The translations under genes were made by a program, and so were the position numbers. Positions 23,601-34,809 of a stretch of DNA of 64,000 nt are shown here, in pieces (position 1 is the stretch's first letter; every line of letters begins with the position of its first letter). Source of the stretch: Dipteris shenzhenensis (lineage: Eukaryota); assembly GCA_047967505.1 (NCBI GenBank), contig CM106538.1; one strand, written 5' to 3'. The notes beneath the pieces were generated by a model. It searched no databases. It was given only the letters and a program-made list of their open reading frames with translations, and was not told the DNA's origin.

Positions 23601-26600
23601 CACTTTGGCTACATTCTCATTTTTCGTTTTATCTTTTACGTCAATGTAACCCTTGAATACAAAGGTCCTTTGCTTGTGTAAAGTGGACACCTACTTTATT
23701 ACAAGTAGGAAGAACAATGGAGCGAGATGAGCAATTTTGATGAATAGAGAAAGACAAGGGAAATGCTTCTTCTTGGAGCCTCACATTAGAACACAAATGA
23801 AAATAGGAGCCCCCTACAGGGAAGGCAAAGATTAGTTCATGTTTCATCAGAGCCTTCTCAACTTGTGTGGTAAAATTATTTGAATGAACTTCATGCTTGC
23901 AAATATTAGTTAGTGAAATGCTAATTTGAAGATCCTTTCATGGTGACTCAAAGGAGGGAAAAGAGAAAAGTAGGTGCTTCTTTTGGAGGGGGATGATACT
24001 TGTGTTTCCGCGTGTGCTCATTTAATACTGTGCTTTGTATGGTATCATTTATATATGCCTCCAATGAATGATTGAGAGGAATTTTTCTGGAGTATCATAA
24101 ATTTTCTAGAACAAGTGTTGTATATAATTCAAAGTGAGCAGTCAAAATGGAAATGGATGCGATTTAAGACCACATGTGAAAAAATAAAGGCACATGCTTA
24201 AGATGATTACTCGTTGTGTATGCTTGGAGATGAAGGAAACATATTGCACTAGGAAAATGCAGAACAGTAAGGGGTGGCTAAGCAAATCAACCTAATTTCT
24301 TCAATTTCTCCTTTGAGCTGTCCCCTTGGTAATTTTTCCATAGAGAGAAACTACAATTACAGGTAGGGTGTAGGAGCCATTTAAGAGCTGATGCAAAGAA
24401 CCTCTGTAATCCTGTAACCCTGTACTGCTAGAGTGAGTGACTAGCATGTCACGTAGCTTTCTTGGGTGTCTACCTAGGTCTTTGTCCTTTGAAGCCTTTG
24501 GACAGTCTTTTGCGCTGGAACATGTGAATGACTGAATTTCATAATTCTCTGTTCTAATGGATGTTCCCTACAAGCTTGACATTTTTGGACAACATATTTT
24601 CTTGGGTAAGGAGGTAAGACATGGTATTTGATGAAACAGGCACATTGTTTGACTTTTTCTGTCATCAGTTTTGCTGTTATGATTTTAAAATCGTAAGGAA
24701 ATAGCATCAAGCCATTCTTGCAAGATGGTTCTGCTACTTGAAGTTTGTAACATTTAGATTTATGAAAGGCACCTTAATCATCTGGTTTTGGACGCATTTG
24801 ACACAGGTTTTTGGTTATGATACTGGTACTTTAATCCTTGGTTTATACATATGAGCTTGCATTTTGTTCCTTCTGCAAGTATCTCGTTAAAAATCAAGCA
24901 TTTTGTGTTTTGCAGGAGAAAGCTGTGCAAAATGTAATTGACTTCATGGAAGATTACTCTCTTACACAGGACGATTTTGATTCTATCCTTGATCTTTCAA
25001 AATTTCAGGTGACTAAATTATTTAAGAAGCCTCCCAGGAGGTTCTTTTAAAAACTGAAATAAATAAAATTTACCTTTTTTGGTTGACGAGTAGTTTTGAC
25101 TCTATGAAGTCCTTATCTTTCATGTATGCACAGGGACAACTTGATTTGATGGAGGGCGTTCAACCTGCAGTGAAAACAGCTTTGACCAAGGCATACAAAC
25201 AAAGGGAACATGAGCGGCGAGTGAAATCTTCTGATCTGCTTCCTGTGTTTAGTCCGTCGGGTCAAAAGAAGGCCCCAAAGAAGCGTGCTGTGCCTGAGCT
25301 TTTGCCTGTAGAGTCATATGGGGATGAGGATCAGGAGGAAGAGAAATTGGATGGTAATGTTTGGCTGACATGCATCTTTCAGGCAGCTAGTAATGTAAAA
25401 AAAATTGCAGATCTCTTTGATCTCTAGAAATAAATTTATGATGTTATATTCGCAAGTTTTGTATGCTATTTCCAATCGTGTGATTATTGAGACTCACTAG
25501 TAGTGTCATTGGCTGCAGGTTCAGAGGACGAAGAAGATGACAACAATGTCAATAAACTAGGTGAACTTGATCTTTAATGAGATGCTTGCACATTGATTTA
25601 TCAACCGGTTGCAATTTTGAGCTTACATGTGACTTGATGCACGGCTGATTGTCTATATGCTTATGTGCACATGAATAAGACAACCAGAACAAAATGAATA
25701 CCTTATATCGTTGTCTTGATACAATTGTCATCAAAGATATCTGGTCTTGGGCGATGTATATATTTGCTGAGGGCCTACTTATTTGCTTTTGTTTGGTTTG
25801 CAAATTGCAGCTGCACTCAAGGAGGCAAATGGAAATATCCATTTGAGCTTAGGTGAGGACAGCTCAAAAGCAGGTTGGTGTGGGCTGTCCCTTTTAAGTG
25901 TCTATGCTCTATTAGTTATCTGTGTACATGTGTGTGTGAGTGTTTTTAAGTCATTAGAGGTTTTCATCCTTTAAACGGAATATCCTGAAGCAAACGTGGA
26001 TAACAAGAATACCAATGAAGGGGAATTTGAAATACCCCAACTCTAAGGTTTGTGTTGTGGAGTGTTCTGATTTTCTCGTAATGAAGGGGAATTTGAAATA
26101 CCCCAACTCTCTAGTTTCATTTGTGGTGAAGTGATACTGTTTTTTAATCAGTGCCTTTTCTGATTTTCCCGTAGTCATCGATTCTAAACCTCTTCATAGA
26201 ACAGCCAACCCAACCAAGACGTAGAAGGGTTAACAGTGCAGGTGATGATGTGCTAGCCAGAAGATAAGTTAAATGGTTTCTGATATGAGGACCTTGTTTG
26301 CAAGGCAACTATTGCTATGGCTGCTGAGAGCACTAAAGACTAATCAGTGCAACGATTGGTGAATCTTGTCATCCAAAAACGAAGTAATCAGGGGGCATGC
26401 ATGAAACTCAAAGATAGTAGCAAGATTCTCCGTAATAATACTTGGAAAGCTAAAATGCAGGAAACTCCTACCCAAGTCTGGAAACTCAAATCAGAAACTT
26501 GGGAAAACATAGGAGCGTGTATTGACAGACATTTGCGTCCATCATTGCATTAGTGGCCATTTGTAGTCCTGCAATAGAGACAGTATTTGGTGAGATCTGT

Positions 26601-27313
26601 TTTATTCAATGTCGGCAAAGATCCTGTGTTGACAACCATGCATCCCAACCCTATGAGACAAAGTGTTGTATGTATGTTTTAAATATTGCAATGAGAAGTA
26701 TAATCTGTTATGAGTATCATGTGCATATTATGCTTACTAGTTTGTCTGTCTGTAACGCAATTCGTCAGTATGGAAATCTTGGATAATGTATTCAGGATTT
26801 CTTTGCATCTACTGCTGCTTTTATTTTGCTAAGAGGCTTCGTTCATGGCTTGCAGATGGCTCATTTTGTTTCTGTGCTTGGTGTTAATATCTTAGAAATC
26901 TCTCCTTTTAATGCCTTCATCTTACAATGCTAGCTGTCCTAATGTCGATACAAGTATGAAACTCTCCTATCATACATTTCAAACGGATGATTATTTCACG
27001 ATATATGGTTTCTGCATATTGTCTTGGCCCTATCAACCTATGACATAGAGCAATGGCAGCATGGAGCGAAACCAACTTGTTAAGGCCTTATGGATTGGTT
27101 TTTAAAGCACTGATTGCAAGAATGGATACAGGCAATTGATTGTGGACTAGTCAAATCATATCTGACAGGTTTGCATTTTGACATGGTCTTGCAGGGGGCA
27201 GCAAGCAGAGAGGAAAAGGAAGGCAACCTCGGCAGACAAATACAGAAAAGAAACCTGCACTTAAGGAAACAAGTAGCGCTTCTAAGCCTGGCAAGCGTAG
27301 AAGAGAAGAATAA
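8503..27313 (+). CDS. RFC1: Replication factor C subunit 1, C-terminal part (nine exons, 957 nt = 318 aa + stop; 5' exons outside the window)
   Basis: Exons 8503-8684, 10226-10265, 22384-22508, 23063-23135, 24916-25008, 25134-25353, 25519-25560, 25811-25873 and 27195-27313 have AG/GT boundaries and consistent phases. The peptide contains plant RFC1 hallmarks ENYLNY, IVNVQIRR..QWQ, GERNFNRFGGWLGKNS, VKTALTKAY and KKAPKKR. Confidence 0.93.
8954..9685. repeat. Intronic tandem duplication of a 350-bp unit with nested ~62-bp subrepeats
   Basis: GGTTAG..TTTAAGCCTAGCAATGAGC starts at 8954 and 9304. GGATGCTCAAGCAGT..CCCCTCGGCTGCTCGTAT occurs four times. Confidence 0.9.
10226..10265 (+). CDS. RFC1: RFC1 40-nt exon (AALMHGRRETLLQ)
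   Basis: tgcag| acceptor, |gtaaag donor, phase-compatible; corresponds to the ASLLHG.RE.LEQ segment of angiosperm RFC1. Confidence 0.9.
10536..10975 (-). mobile_element. Probable LTR with adjacent minus-strand PBS remnant
   Basis: CTGATACCA (reverse complement of TGGTATCAG) at 10536-10544 abuts TGTTAG. The far end is uncertain (CTAACA at 10865 or TTACA at 10975). Confidence 0.45.
10980..12600 (-). mobile_element. Degenerate Copia integrase-RT fragment
   Basis: PQQN..V..KHRTIM and FWVEAMTTAVYVQN (integrase); YELKQASRSW and ITLYMNDII (RT). Confidence 0.8.
12660..12890 (-). mobile_element. Gypsy integrase C-terminal fragment
   Basis: QFEEGERVYLRIP followed by a frameshifted KLPPRYCGPF (GPY/F motif). 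Confidence 0.6.
16786..21381 (+). mobile_element. Internally deleted Ty3/Gypsy (chromovirus-type) element with long LTRs
   Basis: LTRs at 16786-18268 and 20000-21381. TSD ATGGC at 16781-16785 and 21382-21386. PPT AAGAGGGGGG at 19988-19997. The internal part holds only the integrase C-terminus (WEKSLPLVEYAYNN, RYYGPFKV) and a chromodomain relic (RYLVK..NYS...AKW). Confidence 0.92.
17920..18686 (+). repeat. Tandem duplication (~384 bp) of LTR 3' end plus PBS
   Basis: 17920-18302 and 18303-18686 are near-identical. Confidence 0.92.
22384..22508 (+). CDS. RFC1: RFC1 exon (GERNFNRFGGWLGKNSSFGKK...CEPTR)
   Basis: catag| acceptor, |gtatgt donor; conserved RFC1 motif. Confidence 0.95.
23063..23135 (+). 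CDS. RFC1: RFC1 exon (QAVRRDYLQVLALHLTAPLKSMPK)
   Basis: ttcag| acceptor, |gtaaat donor; phase-consistent. Confidence 0.9.
24916..25008 (+). CDS. RFC1: RFC1 exon (EKAVQNVIDFMEDYSLTQDDFDSILDLSKFQ)
   Basis: tgcag| acceptor, |gtgact donor. Confidence 0.93.
25134..25353 (+). CDS. RFC1: RFC1 exon (GQLDLMEGVQPAVKTALTKAY...EEEKLD)
   Basis: cacag| acceptor, |gtaatg donor. Confidence 0.92.
25519..25560 (+). CDS. RFC1: RFC1 acidic exon (SEDEEDDNNVNKL)
   Basis: ctgcag| acceptor, |gtgaac donor; phase 1/1. Confidence 0.8.
   Translation, partial: VQRTKKMTTMSIN
25811..25873 (+). CDS. RFC1: RFC1 exon (ALKEANGNIHLSLGEDSSKA)
   Basis: ttgcag| acceptor, |gttggt donor; an alternative same-phase donor follows 25852. 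Confidence 0.75.
27195..27313 (+). CDS. RFC1: RFC1 terminal coding exon (GSKQRGKGR...KPGKRRREE*)
   Basis: ttgcag| acceptor. Basic GKGR/KRRR tail like other plant RFC1 proteins. TAA at 27311-27313. Confidence 0.82.
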
Positions 27314-28999
27314 AAGATCCATTTGTACTGCATGCCTCTAGACATAGTTACTGATGCTGTATACCATTATTTAAGTCATAAGGCATGTCTGTCACATCTG
27401 TTCATCTAAGACAACACGTGGTTTATCTGTGCCGCAAGGAGCTAGACAGGAGTCACTGTATAATGTACATTCTCTGTAAACGGGCAGAAGAATTGTGTTA
27501 TGCTTTGAGAGCATTATGTTTGTATGGGACACCCTTACTGGCTTCCCCAAGTGGATGGCAAATATCGGTTCTCAGTAGTAAGTAGTGGGGAGTGTATTGG
27601 CTTTCAATGGCTGAGATCTACGACGAGTGCTGTAAATGTGACATAGTGAGACTAAACTATTGAGACACTAGCCTTCTTCCCTTTGCTTATATAAAGGAAT
27701 GTTTATAAGTACTGGATAGACATGAGAGCCCATGTATACAAAGAGGAAAATAAATTGTGATACCCAAGAGCAAGTAGTAGAGTACAAGTACCTTTGACTG
27801 CTCACAAGAGTATTAGCATTGTATTGATTTGTGTGATACTATGCCTACTTTAAGCTGTTTTGTTGTAGAATGGGAACAAATTTTCATAGGGGGAGAGTGC
27901 AATCTCTTTTTCATGCCCTCTGTTTGAGGCAAGCTAGCTCAAGCTGTGCAAATGAACAGAGTAATGTAAATGGGTGATCCTAATGTGAAATAATCTACAA
28001 AATAGAAAAAGCAAGATCCAAAAACTAAAGAGGATGGAGATGCTATTGTGTAAGCCTTTTGAAAAAAAATCAATTATCATTAAAGCTTTCTATCTTAAAT
28101 GGTGCGTTGCCCTAGCAGCTAGATTTAGATTTAGACGCTCGTTGGGGAGAGACTAAATGAAAACGTTTAGACTTCACAAGCAGTTGTAGCTTGATTGAAG
28201 AGATTTTGGACTACCTTTTGATTAGCCTTCTCCTTTAGTGCTAGCTTTCGTCATGGCTGAGTTTGCCCTTCACCTCTGGAGTGCCGACAAAATCTCAAGA
28301 CGAAGACTTTGTATAAATGGATGCTCAAGTATGTGTGGGGGTGTGGATTTGTATGTGTGAGCATATTTTTATACTATGGTCTACACCCACTGTTGGGTGT
28401 TGATGACGTCAGTGGGGATGTCCGGGATGTCATAGCTAGTCCTTGCTATGCATGATGGAGTTTATGGTTTTCGACCTTGTGAGTGACTGTCATGAGATTG
28501 AAACTGCACTATGTTGTGTTTTTAAAGGATGAGTTTGGGAATGTTCTTGGATTCATCTAGGTATATCATTAAAGCTATTTAGTTGGTCTTATGGCTTGAA
28601 CTCTTCGATCACGCATGTCATAGGCTTGGTCATACATGTCTTAGCTTCGACGGGAACAATAGTACAAATTTGACGTGCACAAGACCCCAATAATTTTGGA
28701 CACAGAAGAGGCTTAAGTGTAATGCATTTGGAAGTCTTCGGTTATATCTATTATGCTAATGTTTTGAAAAAGCTAGGACAGCAAGGTAAACAAACACATA
28801 TTCATTGGTTGTCATGAGAAAAGTATGGCCTCCATTGTGTGTAGAGATGGGGCTTTACGGAAAGTCACTTTGTGGTCACTTTGTTTGATGTGATATTTAG
28901 AGAGGGAAAGTCACTTTGCTGTCAAAAAACTGCAGAAAAGAAAGAGGATGCTTTTCCACTCTCACCCAAAGATGATCCATCAAAGGACTAGAAAGAGGA

Positions 29000-30802
29000 T
29001 TTGCAGTTGCAAATCTCGTCGCTTGGAGGATTTTTTTGACAAATCCACAGTGGAAGATGATTTGGTTTGGTCATAGTTCAACAAGGTGTTGCCTCAACCA
29101 TTGAAGATATCTCGATGTGCCCAAAGAGCTATAGTTTTTAGCTTTAAGGCTCCAAAAGGTTCTCTTATGTTGTGGAAGAGGATCATAAAGACACATTTTC
29201 AAGCATAGACAGGAATTGAGTAGACAAAACACCTTTGGAACCCTACCAAAGGAAGTACATGAGGGAGGGAGGGCACATAAGAGGAAGAGAACCGAAGGCA
29301 TAAATTCAAAGCAAATTGTAGGTCATTGAATAATGTTTCTATATGCTCAACAAGCCCTTAGGGTGAAGAGGAGGCAATGGTCATGCACAAAAGCTCTCCA
29401 AGAGACTAGGTAGTATGAAACTTTTATGGACGGTCTCATCCTTTGCGGTCCTTTCAGTGTGGTCCGTGAAGTCACACAATAATAGCAAAAGGATGTAGTT
29501 TAGTACAAGTGCTTTGGAGGCAATACAGAAGATGAGTTGACAAACATTTCACAAGAATATATTTGGGTGCATACTAGACATCTATTTTTGTGAGGTGGCT
29601 ATTAGATGCAAGTCTCGAGATTAGGATGGGCAATGATTAATTTTATCATTAACTCTTAAGAAGCATGTGGATTGGATTTGAGTAGACCTAGTGTGAGTAG
29701 AATCCATTAGAAGGGCAACCATGTGTAAGTTTTTTTCTTTGGCCATAAATTGAGTGGCATTAGAAATTTCATCTTTGGGGAAGGGCAACCAAGGATTTGG
29801 ATTAAGGGGATGTAGCTAAGTACTTTGTTGAATCTACACTTCTTTCATGTGTCTTATTGAGTAGCAATCCCACTAAGTAACATTGTCGACAAGATTTGTA
29901 AATAGGTTACCCCTAATCTTTTACTTTTTAAATAATATACTATGTGTCGAGTTATTTCATATCTTTAGCTACCTTATGGAACATTTGTACGAACTTAAAT
30001 CTTTTGGCATTGTTAAGACATGCATGATGGGATCCCTTATGCTAATCAAAAGCTTTGTTGATGCTCCTTATAAAGGAAAATTTCCTGTCATATTTGCTTG
30101 TGAAGATGGTTACAATTTTGATAGCTGTGTCCCTTTTCTTTATCCAGGCATCCCCAACCATGATGCCAAACTCCTTGAGATGTTACTTTGAAGGAGATCC
30201 CCTAACAAGGTTGAATCACAATTTATTTGTGATATGCTATGGTGATCTTATACAACAGGGGTTGCTATTAACGAACCACCCATTGATGCATTATGATGAT
30301 CAGGCCTGTGACAAGAAATTACTTGTTCTTCCATGCAAGATAATTGAGGGAACCATCATGATCAATCTCCCTAGACTATATTTTGGGCTCTCATCTCCAA
30401 TTTATCAATTGATCTCCATTTTATTGTGATCCTTGTTGAGGTTTGATTGAGATAGGCCAGACATGACCATACAAACCTCATCGAGTGCATCGATAACCCT
30501 CACAAACTAGCTATGTAGTTGGATTCAACTTGTGCACAAACTCCCCGGAATTAAAAGGGAAGATTACATACAAACGTCCAATAAAACTCTACCATTTCCA
30601 TCCATTAAAGTTTGGTTCCCCTTGGTTGCATGTTTGTTAGGATACTTGCAACATCCCTAAAGGAACTTTTCATTGCTTATTAGACAAATTTCTAATTTAG
30701 TCCCTTGCTCTTTGCTTCATAAGGAACCCTTGGCAAATGCTTATAATATACATTTCATGAGGGATTGCCCACCAAATTGAAGCTAGGTGCCCATCATCAA
30801 GA

Positions 30803-30840
<38 letters not shown>

Positions 30841-31025
30841 GTGCCTATCATCAAGAAGTTTTACAGAGAGAGAGAGAGAGAGAGAGAGATCTACCCCTCA
30901 AGGACATTCTCTCTACTTCAAATTCCTATATAATGCACACCCTTTGCAAATTCCAAGGAAATATCTTCCATAAGGGATTGATCACCAAGCAAAACCTAGG
31001 TCTCCTTTAGGGCTAGTCTTACCCA

Positions 31026-31095
<70 letters not shown>

Positions 31096-32090
31096 ATTAA
31101 TGTCTACAGACGACCTCATGGGTCTATGAGACACATTACAAATACCAAAAAGCGACTTATTACATTTGGATAGCCAGAGACTCAGGGGAGTGCACAAGGC
31201 TAGCTCCTCCCAAATTATTAAAGAATATAGCTACATCCTAATATTGTTATAAGGTGGCCTTTATAACATTAGTTTAATATTGAGAGTCTTTGGGTTTGGA
31301 TTTGAAATTGTGAATCGATACTTGCCCATCTCGATAAACCGCCCATTTGCTTGCCTTTGCGTGCTTCCTTTACTTTGGTGAGCTCATTATTTCTTTGTTT
31401 GAGTTGGATTTGAGTCAGCTTCTCTGATATCCAAATCTTTGTACACTTCTTATGTGTTTGCCGGAGAATCTTAACTCTTGCTACCCTCCCTTTGAAGTAG
31501 ACGTGTACTTGTGTGCCAGTTTGACTGATGTCATATATTGCATGTCATTTTCATCCCATTCAACTTCTGGTACTTCCTTTAAGACATATCATTACGTCAT
31601 CAAGGTCTTTCTCCTCATCATCATGCAAGCAACCCTCTTTCAATCCCCCAACGCGTAAGATCGTCTTATTTCTTGGTCTAGCTTCCTGCTCTTTCACTTC
31701 CACATAGAGATCCTCTCTATTGATTTTGTTGCTGGCAACCATTTTTTGCTTGATTGAGCTCAATTGATTGGTGATCATATCCTTCACTGTTGAGACAAGT
31801 GTCGGTGCCTGGGGAGATGTGTTACATTTATCTATGACCTCTGCATGTTTTTCGTTACTCTCCATATCTTGCACTTTCCTCCCAAGCGTTGTAACCTGAG
31901 GTTTGAGCTCTCTGATTTCTTGTTGCAAATAATAGATTTGCTCTTGCAGTTTGAGATGATTCTCTGTATGTATTTCTTTGCATAGGGGATGGGTGTCGAT
32001 GAGGTTGCAATGGCCAGATACGAGGGCTTACTCGTAGGTGTTGAAAAGGCAAAGGATTTCATCTTAGTGAGCCTTAGGAGCTCCATAGTG
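29000..32090 (-). mobile_element. Degenerate LINE-like element (ORF1 plus endonuclease and possible RT relics); boundaries approximate
   Basis: Coiled-coil ORF with EQEAR...LRVGGL (31560-31928) and a tail KIWISEKLT...ELTKVKEAR. NGRVLLDVC at ~30570-30596 resembles a LINE AP endonuclease. Confidence 0.5.
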
Positions 32091-32542
32091 GCCTACATAT
32101 ATTTGAATGCCCCTATGCTGGAACTAGCCTCTATGTTGGGCTAGGGGTCCAACCCAACCTAGACTGGTTTAACTGACTGAAGTTAACTAATCGGATTAAA
32201 CTAAGAGAGGCTAACTGAATTAAACTGAACTTAATTGAGAGCCTGGTGGCTGTTTAGCTGGGTGAACTAAGCGAATCAAAGTTCGTTGACTGCCCTTCGA
32301 GCTTTGTACTTTGGACCTTGGCAGGAGCTTTGGAGCTTTGGCGCGGCGTCAAATAACGAACTGTGGCCACAAGTAGAACCCGTGATGCATCGAGTGAAGG
32401 AGCTGAGGCGCTGTTGTGAGAATGATGGGAGGGGGTAGCTGAGAGAGAGACGGGAGGGAGCGATTGAGAGATGGGAGGGGCAGTTGGAGCTAAAAGCTGC
32501 TACGAGGGAAGACGGCCTGAGAGCTACTACGAGTAGAGATGG

Positions 32543-32586
<44 letters not shown>
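30808..32586. repeat. Microsatellites: (CA)n ~30808-30837; (GA)n ~30865-30889, 31034-31092, 32545-32586
   Basis: Directly visible dinucleotide runs. Confidence 0.95.
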
Positions 32587-32588
<2 letters not shown>

Positions 32589-32873
32589 ATTAACGTCCAT
32601 GGGAGGCCTCGTGAGCCTATGGGACAATGTGCACAAAAAGAAGACTCATCCAAGCCTCAATGGGCTGGAGCAAAGGGCGCACTAGTGCCCTTGTTGAGTA
32701 CTAATTGATGCAAGATATCTTGGATCTGCATCTGTCGAGCTATCTCATGCTGTGGTGGTGGGGGATGCGGTCTCCTTGATCTTTGAACTCGTTGAGCAAT
32801 GTCCAGAGTGATCCTTCATCTTTGTCGATCGCCCTTGAGGAAAGCTGTGTTAGGTTTGACCTCAACAGAATGC

Positions 32874-33601
32874 CATTAGGAAAAAAGGGAGCTCATTTTG
32901 GGGCCTTTTAGAAGAGAGAGAAAATAGGCTCTCAACCAATTAGGAGTGGGCCAACGTAATGTTGAAAATTCAACAAAAGAAGATGAAAATAAGAAAAAGA
33001 AATAGTACTATATGTTCATAGAAGCATGTCACATTCATGAAGTGATCTGATTTGAATCTTTAAAAATCTATTTTCTGTGCAGAATTTGATGATTCTGACA
33101 CCGCAGACGCGTCCGGAACGGCCCAAAACCCCAAGAACGGCACTAGAAACGCTGGAATCGGACATCCGGAGGCCCGGAAACGGCCAAAAAAGGCTGAAAA
33201 GTGGGATTTGCAGCAAAATGCGATCTGGCACCTTTTGAAAAGGCCGAAAAGTGGGATTTGCAAAGGTGCCAGATCGCATTTTGCTGCAAATCCCACTTTT
33301 CGGCCTTTTTTGGCCGTTTCCGGGCCTCCGGATGTCCGATTCCAGCGTTTCCAGTGCCGTTCTTGGGGTTTTGGGCCGTTCCGGACGCGTCTGCAGTTGT
33401 CAGAATCACCAAATTCTGCACAGAAAAGTGTTGCTCTTATATGAACATTGAATGTAAAGCATGTGAAAGAATATATTTATTCCTTTTCACACTGACATTT
33501 CTCACGCAAGTATCCATATTTTCTTGCTTTTGTAGAGAGAGAAAAGAGAAAATAGTGAATTTCTTACAGGGCCCCAAAATGAGCTCCCTTTTTTCCTAAT
33601 G
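32874..33601. mobile_element. Non-autonomous TIR/foldback element with long internal inverted repeat
   Basis: Outer TIR CATTAGGAAAAAAAGGGAGCTCATTTTGGGGCC and its reverse complement ending at 33601. Inner arms 33071-33235 and 33262-33427. Confidence 0.8.
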
Positions 33602-34809
33602 AATCTGGCTCTGTGTCACGCGTGGTCTATGTGTCCCTCTCTCAACAGCACCGTGTCGGCTCTCTCTAGTAATCTAGGCTTTTCTCATTTTAGCTAGCTC
33701 CTCCTACTCTACTCCGCTACGTACTAAAGCTAACTGAAATGCATAGAAGTCTGTGACGCGTCGTTGTGCTTGGTCAGCCTCTATATCTTGTGGCCTAGCA
33801 ACTCATGACGCTCTTTGATCTATCGTAGTAGTGTCTCCTTGGTTGGCGCATCTCCATCAGATAGAGCCTAATGCAGACCTGATCATGGAAGTGGAAAATC
33901 TCTTAAAAGCCTCACCTTTTATGGAGAAGCCATGCCCCTCAACCATGGGGCTTATTGTGATGTAATCACCCATTAACGCAATCCACATTAAAAAACACTT
34001 TCACAAAACAAGTCTTGTGAAGCACATGGCTTGTAAAGTTATATCCAATAAATTGAGCAACCAATAACCATGCTTTATTGTTAGATGCATCCTAGTTTAC
34101 CATGCAACAAATCAAGACTTTGAAACCTTTGTTACAAGAACTAATAGGCATCAGTTTGACAACACTAATAGAGGATAGTTATAGTATATACAACCATATA
34201 TCTTCCCATTACAAAAATATAACAAGATAAACAAGTGAGGCTCTTTGATTATGATGGATTTTCAGAGACAAAAGGGACATTACATGTATATACATATTGG
34301 ACTATGTCATTGCTAAATGTAGGAGAAGCTGTAATTGTGATCACTTAATTCTGTAATTTAATGTTATAATTTTTGATAATTTGCTATGTATATTTGGTAC
34401 CTTTTGATCATTTGTTATGTATATTTGATCAGTTGCTATGTGTATTTGGTACCTTTTGTCAATTTCTTAGCACCATTTTAAAGATAAGACATTCCCACCA
34501 TCTTAATAATCCATGCACATGTAATGATTGCAATGAACTACAAGAGGAATTCTTTACATTGATTACTTGGTTGTGGTTGTTTGTAATTCTTGTAGAACTC
34601 AAGAAAATTTTCATACTTTCCCCCTTAAGCTCACCCAGGATATGCACCTCATAAAAATATAAAAAAGTATCCAGCTCATTTTGTCATAATTGGTAGATGC
34701 AGGTCATGTTTACTTATTGGTAGACTTTGGGGATCTACAAAAGCTACATAATGAAGAGGAGAGAAGTTTCCAACTATCCCACTCACGTCATTTGGGGAAT
34801 AGCCCATAC

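Noticed and set aside
33016-33599. Six overlapping ORFs on both strands
   Set aside because: They are an artefact of the GC-rich inverted repeat.
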